From: an uncultured Clostridia bacterium | Lineage (GTDB): Bacteria > Bacillota > Clostridia > Oscillospirales > Ruminococcaceae | Reading direction: 5' to 3' | Length of the DNA: 32,000 bases | NCBI GenBank assembly: GCA_947383835.1 | Contig: CANDEV010000018.1 | Span: 1-32,000, forward strand | Part shown: piece after piece, positions 23,219 through 32,000 of the stretch | Position numbering within the stretch: position 1 is the first letter of the stretch | Layout: the number at the start of each line of letters is the position of its first letter | The notes under the pieces: generated by a model | What the model was told of the DNA's origin: nothing | Databases searched by the model: none | Seen by the model: only the letters and a program-made list of their open reading frames with translations | Position numbers and translations under genes: made by a program

Positions 23219-24171
23219 AAGTCTATACCCAAAGCGGGAGCGATACCCGAAAGGAGCTTAAGCTTAACGTCCTCAAGCTCGCCCTCAAGAGTGCAGCCCG
23301 CAGCCTTGACGTGACCGCCGCCGTCGAATTTGCGGCATATTGCGGAAACGTCCACGTCCGAAGCGGAACGCATGGAAACTTTAAACTTGCCATGCTCCTT
23401 TTCCTTGATTATCACTCCGACCTTGACGCCCTCGATCTGAACGCTCATTCCCGAAATTCCCTCAAATTCTTCCTGTGCAAGTCCCGTCTCTTTTATCGTG
23501 TCAAGAGTGACAGCCGCCATTGTGCATTGGTCGTCAAGGTAGAATTCCATAGCCGAGTTGATGTACTGCTCAACCTTTAGCCGCGCACGGCTTTTCAGGT
23601 CGAACATCTCGCGGTTTATACGCTCTAAATTTATTCCGTAGTCCATAAGCTTCGCCGTAATAATGTGGGCAAGCCTTGTGGTGTTTGCGTACTTGAAGCA
23701 CCCTGTGTCCGTGGCAATTCCCGTGTAGAGACATTCGGCAATAAGCTTGTCTAAGGGTATCTCCATTTCGGCAAGCACACGGTATATCACCTCACAGGCA
23801 GCGGCGGCGTCGGGGTACACCAAAAGCTGCTTTGCATAATCGGTGTTGGAAATATGATGGTCAATGCAAAGATCAACATATTCACCGTACTGTGCAAGCT
23901 TTGGACCAAGAAGCTTAGTGTCGGCAACGTCCACCGCAACTATCGTTTCGGGAGTAAATTTCTGCGGCTCATAGCTGTCGTGCATAAAATAATATCTTTT
24001 CGGAAATTCGTCCGAGCAGACTACATTAGCGTTCTTGCCGATCTTACGCAAAGCATAGCAAAGCCCGAAGCCGCTGCCCATTGTGTCGCCGTCGGGACTT
24101 TGGTGGGTGAGAATGTAGTAATTGTTGTGCGCCTTAAGAAAATCGGCGGTTTCCTTTAAATTTATCTGCAT
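23206..24171 (-). CDS. nrnA: DHH/DHHA1 phosphoesterase (NrnA-like nanoRNase / pAp phosphatase).
   Basis: HQSPDGDTMGS, CIDHHISN and the GGGH motif. Confidence 0.8.
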   Translation of the reverse strand: MQINLKETADFLKAHNNYYILTHQSPDGDTMGSGFGLCYALRKIGKNANVVCSDEFPKRYYFMHDSYEPQKFTPETIVAVDVADTKLLGPKLAQYGEYVDLCIDHHISNTDYAKQLLVYPDAAAACEVIYRVLAEMEIPLDKLIAECLYTGIATDTGCFKYANTTRLAHIITAKLMDYGINLERINREMFDLKSRARLKVEQYINSAMEFYLDDQCTMAAVTLDTIKETGLAQEEFEGISGMSVQIEGVKVGVIIKEKEHGKFKVSMRSASDVDVSAICRKFDGGGHVKAAGCTLEGELEDVKLKLLSGIAPALGIDLWLA

Positions 24172-24172
24172 A

Positions 24173-24544
24173 TCAATTCTCCAATTTGTCGCTGCCGCTT
24201 TCTTCGAGCTTTTCCAGCATTCGTGCGATTTCCGCCGAATGTTCTATCGAGTTGTCGGCAATAAATTTCAGTTCGGGACACTTTTTAAGATGAAGCTTGT
24301 TTGAAATATGCCTCCTCATCATTCCCGAAGCGCTTTCAAGACCCTTGACCGCGGTTTTTGCCGCTTCCACGCCCTCAATGCTTGAAATATATACCTTGCA
24401 GTGGGAAGCGTCTCCCGAAAGCTCCGTCCGCACAACCGAAACAAGTCCCGAATTTACTCTGGGGTCTTTGATCTCCTCGCGGATAAGTCCCGAAATTTCC
24501 CGCTTAATATCCTCGGACATACGTCCGTTTCTGAAATTTGGCAT
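24173..24544 (-). CDS. rbfA: Ribosome-binding factor A.
   Basis: RMSEDIKREISGLIREEIKDPRV ... VSVVRTELSGDASHCKVYIS. AAGGAG ribosome-binding site. Confidence 0.9.
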   Translation of the reverse strand: MPNFRNGRMSEDIKREISGLIREEIKDPRVNSGLVSVVRTELSGDASHCKVYISSIEGVEAAKTAVKGLESASGMMRRHISNKLHLKKCPELKFIADNSIEHSAEIARMLEKLEESGSDKLEN

Positions 24545-24587
24545 TTAGATTTACTCCTTTACTAACGGTAAAAAATCATAAACAGAG

Positions 24588-24697
24588 TTTATACTAATTC
24601 ACGACCTGAATGTGTACAAAAAATTCAAGCAAAAATTTGCGTATATGATTTTTGCGCCGAATTTTTTGTCTGCACATTGGGAGTGAATTAGTATTAG
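24588..24697. repeat. 110-nt long imperfect palindrome, copy 2 (ends ATACTAATTCAC ... GTGAATTAGTAT).
   Basis: The arms pair by hand folding. It shares the ATACTAATT termini, the A6/T6 tract and the CAAAAAT/ATTTTTG inner stem with copy 1, and has compensatory differences elsewhere. Confidence 0.75.
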
Positions 24698-24721
24698 AAG
24701 TAAGAAGTTAGAAGTTAGAAC
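24696..24721 (+). repeat. 7-nt tandem repeat AGAAGT(A/T), about 3.6 units.
   Basis: AGAAGTA AGAAGTT AGAAGTT AGAAC. Confidence 0.5.
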
Positions 24722-24730
24722 ATTACACCC

Positions 24731-24813
24731 GCCCCCTTGATAGGGGACTTAGTAAAATCACAATATATTGATAACTAACTATGGGGCAGACGCTGCCCGC
24801 GGGGGCTTCCCCG
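24731..24813. repeat. GC-rich double-hairpin module, copy 2.
   Basis: GCCCCCTTGATAGGGGAC (24731-24748), GGGCAG..CTGCCC, and GGGGGCTTCCCCG directly after the infB stop. Confidence 0.5.
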
Positions 24814-27468
24814 TTAATCAGGTCTGTATTCCTCCATATAGTATGCCTCAAAAATATCGCCCACATGAATGTCGTTGAATTTTTCCAAAGTAATACCGCA
24901 CTCGTAGCCCTCGGCAACCTCTTTCACATCGTCCTTGAAACGCTTCAGACTTGACATCTTGTCGTCCGCAATAATAATACCGTCGCGGACTACCCGTATC
25001 TCCGCGTTCCTTGTAATTTTTCCGCTTAGTACATATGAACCTGAAACCGTACCAACGCTTGAAATTTTGTATACCTGACGAACCTCAACGCGTCCAAGAT
25101 TGACTTCGCGGAATTTAGGTGCAAGCATACCCTTCATAGCCGTTGTAATTTCTTCTATCGCGTCATAAATAATTCTGTACAGACGAATATCAACGCCGTC
25201 TCTTGCCGCGTTGTCCGCAGCAACAGGATCCGGGCGGACGTTAAATCCAACTATAATAGCGTTTGAAGCGTTTGCAAGCATTACATCGCCCTCTGAGACA
25301 GCTCCCACCGCTCCGTGGATAACACGTACACGGACTTCTTCGTTGGTAAGCTTTTCAAGGGACTGTTTAACAGCCTCCACAGAGCCCTGAACGTCCGCCT
25401 TAACAATGATAGGAAGCTCCTTGATCTCGCCCTGTTCGATCTGACTGAACAGGTTGTCGAGAGTGACCTTCTGATACTGCTTGAACTGTTCCTGCTTAGC
25501 CTCGTGCTTACGCTGGTCAACAAGCTCACGGGCAAGGCGTTCGTCCTCAACAGCATTGAAAATGTCGCCTGCGGAGGGTACTTCATCAAGTCCCGTTATC
25601 TCAACAGGATAGGAGGGTCCCGCCTCCCTGACCACCTGACCCTTGTCGTTAGTCATTACGCGGACGCGTCCCAATGAAGTGCCCGCAATGATAATATCGC
25701 CTGTGTGGAGAGTACCGTTCTGTACCAAAAGCGTTGCGATAGGACCTCTGCCCTTGTCAAGGCGCGCCTCAATAACAGTACCCTTTGCAAGCCTGTTGGG
25801 GTTCGCCTTAAGCTCTGCGACTTCGGCAACAAGCAGGACGTTCTCCAAAAGTTCATCGATTCCCTCGCCCGTCTTCGCGGAAACAGGTACGCAAATTACA
25901 TCGCCGCCCCATTCCTCGACAACAAGATCGTATTCGGTGAGCTTCTGCTTTACAGCTTCGGGGTTTGCGCCCTCTTTATCCATTTTGTTTATAGCAACGA
26001 TTATCGAAACACCCGCCGCCTTTGCGTGGTTGATAGCCTCGATAGTCTGGGGCATTATGCCGTCGTCCGCCGCAACTACAAGAATTGCAATATCGGTTAT
26101 CTGCGCGCCTCTCGCTCTCATTGAGGTAAACGCCTCGTGACCCGGCGTGTCGAGGAAAGTAATTTCCTTTCCGTCGCAGGTAACGCGGTACGCACCTATA
26201 TGCTGGGTAATTCCTCCCGCCTCGGTGGAGGTAACGTTTGCGTTTCTTATCCTGTCAAGGAGAGAGGTTTTACCGTGGTCAACGTGACCCATAACAACAA
26301 CTACGGGAGCGCGTTCTATGCCGTCCTCCTCCTTGTCGTCCGAATCGTCGATAAGGCGTTCTTCAATGGTGATGATGACCTCTTTTTCAACCTTTGCGCC
26401 AAGCTCCTCCGCAACGAGAGAAGCCGTGTCAAAGTCAATGACCTGATTTATCGTACACATCTCACCAAGCTGCATAAGCTTTTTGATGACCTCGCTCGCC
26501 GCCACTTTAAGACGTACCGCAAGCTCGGAAACCACTATCTCGTCGGGGATAAGGACTTTAAGCTGCTGCTTTCTTGCACGCTCCAGCTCCAATCGGCGGA
26601 GTTTCTCCGTCTCCGTCTCCTTTTTGTTGGAGTACTGCTGGCTCTTGCGCTGCTGTGACTTTTGTGTAAGCTTCTGCTTTTTGGAGAAATTGTCCTTTTT
26701 ACGGTTGTTTCCGCCTGTGGCATTAGCCATGTTGTCGTATTTTTCGTTGTATTTGTCCATTTCAACATAAGAGCCGCGGGTATCGACCTTGTGTATCTTC
26801 TGATCGACTACAGCAGTGCTGTCCGCAAACTTAACGTCAAGCTTTTTCTTATTGGACTGCTGTTCCGCAGGCTTATTCTGCGGCTTCTGCTCCTGTTTTT
26901 TCTTGTGTCCGCCCTGCAAGACCTGCTGTGCGTTGAAGCGTTCGCTTTTTGAAGCGGGGGACTTGTCGGACTTTTCCGTCTTTTCGGCAGGCTTTTCCGC
27001 AGCCGTCTCCTGCTTTGGAGCAGACTTTGGCTCTTCTGCTTTGGGAGCGGGAGCTTCCGCTGCCGTTACAGTCTCCTTTTTAGCAGCAGCCTTTTTGGGC
27101 TTTTCAGCCTTAGCTGGCTTTTCCGCTTTCTCCTCCGCCTGTTCGGACTTAGCCTCGTCCTTTTTCTCCGCTTTCTTTGCGGCAGGCTTTTTCTCCTTTT
27201 TGGGAGCCTTCTTTTCCTCAGCGGCTTCTTTTTCTTCCTTTACAGGCTTGTCGTTTCTTGTGGCAAAATATTCATCAAAGGAGTCTACCTGGTTTTCCTG
27301 AGAAAAAAGCTCCAAAACCTTATTCATTTCCTCTGCCGTTATTGAAGCGGCAGGCTTTTTTGTGATATCAAGCTTATCCTTTAAAAAATCCGCAAGCGCC
27401 TGACCTGTTATTTTCAGGTCCTTGGCTGCGTCGGTTATTTTGACCTTCGGTTCTTTTGATGTACTCAT
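24814..27468 (-). CDS. infB: Translation initiation factor IF-2.
   Basis: GTPase G1 motif [17 protein letters not shown] plus DTPGHEAF and NKMD. K/E/A-rich low-complexity N-terminal region. Confidence 0.95.
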   Translation of the reverse strand: MSTSKEPKVKITDAAKDLKITGQALADFLKDKLDITKKPAASITAEEMNKVLELFSQENQVDSFDEYFATRNDKPVKEEKEAAEEKKAPKKEKKPAAKKAEKKDEAKSEQAEEKAEKPAKAEKPKKAAAKKETVTAAEAPAPKAEEPKSAPKQETAAEKPAEKTEKSDKSPASKSERFNAQQVLQGGHKKKQEQKPQNKPAEQQSNKKKLDVKFADSTAVVDQKIHKVDTRGSYVEMDKYNEKYDNMANATGGNNRKKDNFSKKQKLTQKSQQRKSQQYSNKKETETEKLRRLELERARKQQLKVLIPDEIVVSELAVRLKVAASEVIKKLMQLGEMCTINQVIDFDTASLVAEELGAKVEKEVIITIEERLIDDSDDKEEDGIERAPVVVVMGHVDHGKTSLLDRIRNANVTSTEAGGITQHIGAYRVTCDGKEITFLDTPGHEAFTSMRARGAQITDIAILVVAADDGIMPQTIEAINHAKAAGVSIIVAINKMDKEGANPEAVKQKLTEYDLVVEEWGGDVICVPVSAKTGEGIDELLENVLLVAEVAELKANPNRLAKGTVIEARLDKGRGPIATLLVQNGTLHTGDIIIAGTSLGRVRVMTNDKGQVVREAGPSYPVEITGLDEVPSAGDIFNAVEDERLARELVDQRKHEAKQEQFKQYQKVTLDNLFSQIEQGEIKELPIIVKADVQGSVEAVKQSLEKLTNEEVRVRVIHGAVGAVSEGDVMLANASNAIIVGFNVRPDPVAADNAARDGVDIRLYRIIYDAIEEITTAMKGMLAPKFREVNLGRVEVRQVYKISSVGTVSGSYVLSGKITRNAEIRVVRDGIIIADDKMSSLKRFKDDVKEVAEGYECGITLEKFNDIHVGDIFEAYYMEEYRPD

Positions 27469-27508
27469 AGGCTGTATACCCTCCGTTTATACAATTATTG
27501 CGTAATAC

Positions 27509-27817
27509 TCATTCTATATCATCTTTGCATATTTCAAGAGCCTTTTTTGCAAAACCCTCTCCGCAAATCGTAAGTATACCCGCTTTTTTTCCAACGCAGA
27601 AATGTATCTCGTCGATCGTGCATTGTGCTTTAGCCACGGGTATTTGTTTCCTGTCCGCAAAATAACGGACCTCCTTTTCCGTCTTGGGAGATATGTCGGA
27701 AGCGACTATCACCGCCGCAGCCTTTCCTCCCGCAAGAGCCTCCTTCATAGGGTCGAAGCCCATTGAAAGCTGCCCCGCTTTTCTGCATATCGTCATAAGG
27801 CTGAGAAGCTTATTCAC
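27509..27817 (-). CDS. ylxQ: L7Ae/L30e-family RNA-binding protein (YlxQ-like).
   Basis: CRKAGQLSMGFDPMKEAL..GKAAAVIVASDIS pattern. Conserved position between the ylxR-like gene and infB. Confidence 0.8.
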   Translation of the reverse strand: MNKLLSLMTICRKAGQLSMGFDPMKEALAGGKAAAVIVASDISPKTEKEVRYFADRKQIPVAKAQCTIDEIHFCVGKKAGILTICGEGFAKKALEICKDDIE

Positions 27818-28076
27818 TTTCCCTCAGCTCCTTTTCCATTTCATCGTATATCTCGTCTGATATTCGGCAGGAGAACGTTCTCTCAAATTTTCTTGACTTC
27901 CTTGCCAGAGCAAAGCATTCCAAGCTTTTGCAGATGTATGCTCCTCTGCCGGCTTTCTTGCCCGTAAGGTCAATGGAAATTTCCCCTTCGGGAGATTTCA
28001 CCGCCCTTATAAGCTCCTTTTTCGGCTTCATTTCACCGCAGCCGAGACACATTCTCATAGGTATCTTTTTGACCAT
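27810..28076 (-). CDS. ylxR: YlxR/DUF448 family RNA-binding protein.
   Basis: RMCLGCGEMKPKKELIRAV ... GRGAYIC motif. Immediately downstream of nusA. Confidence 0.85.
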   Translation of the reverse strand: MVKKIPMRMCLGCGEMKPKKELIRAVKSPEGEISIDLTGKKAGRGAYICKSLECFALARKSRKFERTFSCRISDEIYDEMEKELRESE

Positions 28077-28088
28077 TGCTTCACGCCC

Positions 28089-29135
28089 TTACTCAATTGG
28101 ATTTTCGGGCTTTATATCTATCTTGAAGCCTGTGAGCCTTGCCGCAAGCTTTGCGTTCTGCCCCTTGTTTCCGATAGCAAGCGAAAGCTGGTTGTTCGGT
28201 ACAGTAACCACGCAGGTTTTCTGTTCGCCCTCTTCGATCTCAACCTTGATGACCTCCGCGGGAGCAAGCGCGTGTGCGATAAATACCGCAGGGTCTTCAT
28301 CGTAAACTATTATATCTATCTTTTCGCCGCAAAGCTCGTTCACAATGCTGCCGATACGGCTGTGCTTAGGTCCAATGCACGAACCCACAGGGTCCACGTT
28401 TTTGTCCTTTGACCATACCGCGATCTTAGTCCTCGAACCCGCTTCTCTCGAAATGGATTTTACCTCTACTGTGCCGTCGTAAATTTCGGGGATCTCAAGC
28501 TCGAAAAGACGTTTTACCAAGTCCTTGTGAGTTCTTGAGACCTTTACCATAGGCTTCCTGTCGGGGTTGATAATGTCCGCAATGTAAAGCTTCACAATGT
28601 CTCCCTCTTTAAGGACTTCTCCGGGAATTTGCTCGTTTTTGTATAAGTACACTTCGTTTTTGTCAATTGTAAGAGTAGCGTTGCCGCTCTCCGGTTCAAC
28701 TCTCTGAACCGTCGCGGAAACAGCCTCGTGGAGCTTGCCCTCAAACTGGCTGATGTACTTCTGCCTCTCAAAAGTCTTTATTTCGGTACGGATAGCCTGC
28801 TTAGCGTTTTGAGCGGCAACACGTCCGAACTGCGCCGTGGAAAGCTGATAGGGGATAACGTCGTCCACCGCCACAGGGTGTCCCACATAAGCGGCAGCCT
28901 CCTCAACGGTTATCTCGCTCATGTCAAGGGGAAGCTCCTCAACTACGGTACGCATTACGGTTATCTCAAACTTATGCTCCTCGGGGACAATGTCCACCAA
29001 AAAATCCTCGCAGTAGGGGTACTCCTTTTTCACCGCCCTTGCAATGCCCTGCTTTATCTTATCCACAAGCAGATCCATTGGTATGCCGTTTTCCTTTGCA
29101 AGAAGCTCCAGAGCTTCAAAAAATTCCTTGTTCAT
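28089..29135 (-). CDS. nusA: Transcription termination/antitermination factor NusA.
   Basis: N-terminal domain, S1-like region (GDIVKLYI) and KH domains (CIGPKHSRIGSI, AIGNKGQNAKLAARLTG). Confidence 0.95.
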   Translation of the reverse strand: MNKEFFEALELLAKENGIPMDLLVDKIKQGIARAVKKEYPYCEDFLVDIVPEEHKFEITVMRTVVEELPLDMSEITVEEAAAYVGHPVAVDDVIPYQLSTAQFGRVAAQNAKQAIRTEIKTFERQKYISQFEGKLHEAVSATVQRVEPESGNATLTIDKNEVYLYKNEQIPGEVLKEGDIVKLYIADIINPDRKPMVKVSRTHKDLVKRLFELEIPEIYDGTVEVKSISREAGSRTKIAVWSKDKNVDPVGSCIGPKHSRIGSIVNELCGEKIDIIVYDEDPAVFIAHALAPAEVIKVEIEEGEQKTCVVTVPNNQLSLAIGNKGQNAKLAARLTGFKIDIKPENPIE

Positions 29136-29222
29136 TTTTCCGATTTCCTCCTGTTTCTGTGGGACGGGTTTTGCTCCCGTCTATTTATCAAACATATTTT
29201 ATAAATACGGGGGTAATTCCCC

Positions 29223-29247
29223 AAAAAGGCGGGAGCAAGCCCGCCCT
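29223..29247 (-). terminator. Intrinsic terminator-like hairpin between rimP and nusA. Part of a GC-rich REP-like pair at 29161-29250.
   Basis: The minus strand reads GGCGGG CTTGCT CCCGCC TTTTT. The partner arm GGGACGGGTTTTGCTCCCGTC is at 29161-29181, and GGGGGTAATTCCCC lies between them. Confidence 0.5.
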
Positions 29248-29280
29248 GTATTGTCGGTGCGCCAAAATATTAATTATTAA

Positions 29281-29784
29281 TTATTCTTCGTCGTCCTTAA
29301 AAAGCTCATCGTCGTCATCGTCAAAAAGCTTTACAAACGCCGTGTCGGAAAGCTTTATCTCCCTGTCGCCATCTTCGGTTATTACGGAAATACTGTCCTT
29401 ATTATAACCCTTGAGAATTGCAATAAACTCCTTCATACCGTCTATTTCGCGGATATACCTTATTCTTACGGGACACTCCAAAAATTCCTCAAAATGCTCG
29501 GGACGCTTAAGCTGTCTTCCCAGTCCGGGAGAACCCACCTCCAGCATATAATTCTGCTCAATGGGGTCAGCCTCGTCAAGAGCCTTGGAAAGCGGTCTCG
29601 TCATGGCTTCGCAGTCGTCCATGTCCACCGCGCCGTCCTCTTTTTCAATAAGCACCCGAAGATACCACATAGCCCCCTCTTTATCAAAGGAAACGTCCCA
29701 AATCTTAAGATTTAAGCCGTCCGCAATGGGCTTTGCGATCTCATAGACCGCAGCGGCGGTGTTCCCGCCCTTTTTTCCTGCCAT
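29281..29784 (-). CDS. rimP: Ribosome maturation factor RimP.
   Basis: YLRVLIEKEDGAVDMDDCEAMTRPLSKALD ... LEVGSPGLGRQLKRPEHF. GGAGG ribosome-binding site. Confidence 0.9.
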   Translation of the reverse strand: MAGKKGGNTAAAVYEIAKPIADGLNLKIWDVSFDKEGAMWYLRVLIEKEDGAVDMDDCEAMTRPLSKALDEADPIEQNYMLEVGSPGLGRQLKRPEHFEEFLECPVRIRYIREIDGMKEFIAILKGYNKDSISVITEDGDREIKLSDTAFVKLFDDDDDELFKDDEE

Positions 29785-29808
29785 TCAACAACCTCCACAA
29801 TACAGCAC

Positions 29809-29835
29809 AAAAGACCGAGAAGCTCTCGGTCTTTT
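29809..29835 (-). terminator. Leader terminator (candidate attenuator) of the rimP-nusA-infB operon.
   Basis: The minus strand reads AAAAGACCGAG AGCTT CTCGGTCTTTT. It lies between the promoter at 29861-29889 and the rimP ribosome-binding site. Confidence 0.6.
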
Positions 29836-29860
29836 ATGAAACTATTATAATGATAGGTAT

Positions 29861-29889
29861 ATTATACCACATATTTTTTCAAATTGCAA
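29861..29889 (-). promoter_or_regulatory. Promoter of the rimP-nusA-infB operon.
   Basis: The minus strand reads TTGCAA (29884-29889), 17-nt spacer, TGGTATAAT extended -10 (TATAAT at 29861-29866). Confidence 0.65.
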
Positions 29890-29933
29890 GGGTTTTTGAA
29901 AAAATTTTCATTTTTGAATAATTTTTGCAATTT

Positions 29934-30818
29934 CTATTTAACCATACCCCAAAAATATTTTTCTTCGGGAAGAAGCTCCGTAACCTTTTCACGTTCCTCA
30001 TCACTTAATTTCTCCAAGCAGCTTCCGTGCCCCGAATCAATTATCGCTTCAAGACTCGGCATTTCGGAAAGCGGTATGAACGTTTCCGCGGAATCCGCCG
30101 TGAAATACGCATAAATATACCTCACCGACGGCATATCCTTTAAAAATTCAAGGTCTGCACGTTCTATATCATGACCGTCTATAATTATGCTTTCAATATT
30201 TGAAAAAGCCGAAAAATCGGTTGTATCCCAGTGATTTATATTTATCCGCATTTCTTTGATTTTGCCGCACCAATCACCCTTTGAAATTTTCGCCTTTTCG
30301 TTGGGTTTATTCGAAAGCCAATCAAACTCAATGTGGTTGAGTTCATTGAATTCGTCCAGTATGTCAAAATCAAAACCATTTTCCAAAGCGTCTGTATTTA
30401 TTCTGATAAAATTGTCAGTGCTTTTATACTGAAAATCTCCAACCGATATTTTGGTAATTTCATATTCGGGCAGGTCATACGAAGGCTCTTCCGCAAAATC
30501 CGTATCGTTTTCAAAGCTTGCAATAATGTCGCTTTTATAGTCCAAAGCGATCGTGTCGATGATCTCATACTCGGAAACATATTCCGCAAGCTTATCTTTA
30601 AATTCAGCGTAAACAATATCATAGGGAGAATTTATAAAATCTGTCCGTTCAGAGCAGTCGCCGAGAAATTCATATTCAGCAGTGTAATATTTTCTCTCAT
30701 TCTCATAGTCGTATCCATATGGAACAAAAAACAATGTCGCTTTTCCGAGAATGGTTTTTATTGAACAGTTTGAATAAAAATCATATCTTGCCGCGTAAAT
30801 ATCCGAGCAGCCTGCCAT
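29934..30818 (-). CDS. Hypothetical protein. Probably the downstream part of a frame-disrupted repeat-containing lipoprotein gene; the frame is open back to 31076 without a start.
   Basis: 294-aa ORF. The 86 codons upstream in the same frame are homologous to repeat unit 1 of the preceding ORF but contain no ATG/GTG/TTG. Confidence 0.55.
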   Translation of the reverse strand: MAGCSDIYAARYDFYSNCSIKTILGKATLFFVPYGYDYENERKYYTAEYEFLGDCSERTDFINSPYDIVYAEFKDKLAEYVSEYEIIDTIALDYKSDIIASFENDTDFAEEPSYDLPEYEITKISVGDFQYKSTDNFIRINTDALENGFDFDILDEFNELNHIEFDWLSNKPNEKAKISKGDWCGKIKEMRININHWDTTDFSAFSNIESIIIDGHDIERADLEFLKDMPSVRYIYAYFTADSAETFIPLSEMPSLEAIIDSGHGSCLEKLSDEEREKVTELLPEEKYFWGMVK

Positions 30819-30934
30819 TTCATATCCTCCGTTGTAGCAGGCTGCAAGGAATATCCTGCCGTCGGTATCGCGGCAAATGTAAATTTTCTCGTCCGCATAT
30901 ATGTAGTCCCATTTAATATCGTAAACCGACGAGG

Positions 30935-31576
30935 CTATGCTCCCCTCGTATATATTGAACCTTTCGGGGAAACCATCCCCCGTGATATCATATAAAAAAC
31001 GGTGCGTGTATTCGTCAGCCCAAGCCTGTGCTTCTTCAAGGGGAGTGAGGTTTCCTTTATCTCGCCCGAGTAAAAATCATATCTTGACGCGCAGTAAGGC
31101 GTAAAACCCGCCACAAAATCATTATCACGGCACGCGGCAATAAATATCATGCCGTCCGTATCGCGGCAGACGTAAGCCTTGCCGTTTGTACGTATGCAGA
31201 AATATCGGTCATAAACCTCGGTATCCTCATAAAAATAAATATACCAAGCTCCCTCGCAAAGGTCAAAGCTCAGCCTTTCGGGGAACCCGTCCCCCGTGAT
31301 GTCATATAAAAAACGGTTAGGGTATTCGTCAGCCCAAGCCTGCGCTTCTTCAAGGGGAGTGAGAGTGACGGTTTCCTCGGTCGCAGCCTTAGTTGTCTCA
31401 AAGGTAGTTTTCGCGGCAGTAGTGACAGCCGTTTCAGAGGTTGCCGAAATGTTTTCCGCCGAAGTCTCCGTCCGACTTGTTTCCGAAATCTCGGAGTGTA
31501 TTTCCGCACCCTTTTCACACCCGCAGAGCATTGAAAGTACCAAAACCGCTAAAATTGCCGAAATAAATTTTTTCAT
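30935..31576 (-). CDS. Putative lipoprotein; its 3' end reads out of frame through repeat unit 2.
   Basis: Signal peptide MKKFISAILAVLVLSMLCGC with a lipobox-like LCGC. AAGGAGGG ribosome-binding site. The last ~37 aa (KKHRLGLTNTRTVFYMISRG...) are the wrong-frame reading of the duplicated EEAQAWADEY...DITGDGFPE segment. Confidence 0.6.
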   Translation of the reverse strand: MKKFISAILAVLVLSMLCGCEKGAEIHSEISETSRTETSAENISATSETAVTTAAKTTFETTKAATEETVTLTPLEEAQAWADEYPNRFLYDITGDGFPERLSFDLCEGAWYIYFYEDTEVYDRYFCIRTNGKAYVCRDTDGMIFIAACRDNDFVAGFTPYCASRYDFYSGEIKETSLPLKKHRLGLTNTRTVFYMISRGMVSPKGSIYTRGA

Positions 31577-31596
31577 AAAAAATCCCTCCTTAATTT

Positions 31597-32000
31597 TTAT
31601 ATAGACCCGCGCGCAGGTGCGTATCCCGTATCAAAAATCTTTTCCACTTGCTGTAAAGTGATAGTGCCGTCCTCATTTTTCGAGAAAGTATATTCCGACT
31701 GCACCGCAGGGTACAAATACAAGCTGTCGCCGTAATAGCTTACCGTGATTCTCGCTTCGTCTTCCGTCTCCTCAAAGTCCGCAATCTCGCTGTAAACCCA
31801 GTTTCCGTCGTGACCGCAGTTCTTTACCATAAAGCCCGTTTCGTCCGTCATTGTCCGCGCTTTCTCCGTCGTTATATTTATATTGTACAGCTTTTTTACC
31901 GCCGCCGCAAATTCCACGGGCGTTATGTCGTATCCCTCGTCTTTTTCGTAATCGTACACGGTAAAATACGGATTATACGCGTGATAAAAGCTGTGCGCAT
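31597..32000 (-). CDS. Hypothetical protein, C-terminal part. The gene continues beyond the right edge.
   Basis: The frame is open from 31597 to the window edge (…AHSFYHAYNPYFTVYDYEKDEG…). The listed GTG 31959 is probably internal. Confidence 0.55.
   Translation of the reverse strand, partial: AHSFYHAYNPYFTVYDYEKDEGYDITPVEFAAAVKKLYNINITTEKARTMTDETGFMVKNCGHDGNWVYSEIADFEETEDEARITVSYYGDSLYLYPAVQSEYTFSKNEDGTITLQQVEKIFDTGYAPARGSI

Noticed and set aside
24723-24917. 64-aa minus-strand ORF spanning the infB 3' end and the repeat module.
   Set aside because: It overlaps infB in another frame and otherwise translates GC-hairpin repeats. It has no ribosome-binding site.
25643-27301. Several plus-strand ORFs (165, 173 and 161 aa, among others) and minus alternative-frame ORFs within infB.
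   Set aside because: infB is unambiguous. The K/E/A-rich repetitive N-terminal coding region keeps other frames open. It is not a repeat array or an overlapping gene.

Overview
The window has two parts. Bases 1 to about 13645 hold the repressor end, the early and middle regions, and a remnant of the late region of a Mu-like transposable prophage. It is transcribed almost entirely on the minus strand. An XRE-type repressor (12739-13026, +) faces an early operon of small ORFs, a Ner/Cro-like HTH, a MuA-like DDE transposase, a MuB-like AAA+ ATPase, more small early genes, a GemA/gp16-like gene, a Mor-like activator, a membrane protein and a gp27/DUF3486-like small-terminase-type gene. Directly after that comes a start-less tape-measure gene and tail genes, so the head and most tail morphogenesis genes appear to be deleted. 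One AT-rich gene on the opposite strand (5503-6252) has its own consensus promoter and encodes a SEC-C plus YkgJ-type cysteine-cluster protein; it is the best candidate for a new accessory function. The repressor-end non-coding arm (13027-13645) is dense with consensus promoters, palindromes and phased repeats. Bases 13646-32000 are a Firmicutes/Clostridia-style core chromosome, all on the minus strand. It carries an orphan 103-aa gene, an ABC ATPase / ABC-2 permease / GldG-like / DUF4340-like cluster, gltX, a DUF3781-like gene, ribF, truB, a DHH (nrnA-like) gene, rbfA, infB, ylxQ-like, ylxR-like, nusA and rimP. These are followed by a tandemly duplicated, frame-disrupted lipoprotein gene and a partial gene. 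The intergenic DNA holds two repeat families: a 110-nt long imperfect palindrome with compensatory changes between copies, and GC-rich GGCGGGAGC-type hairpin pairs. I saw no rRNA, tRNA or CRISPR array. Protein family names come from motif recognition by eye and memory, not from searches. Start codons were refined by looking for Shine-Dalgarno sequences.
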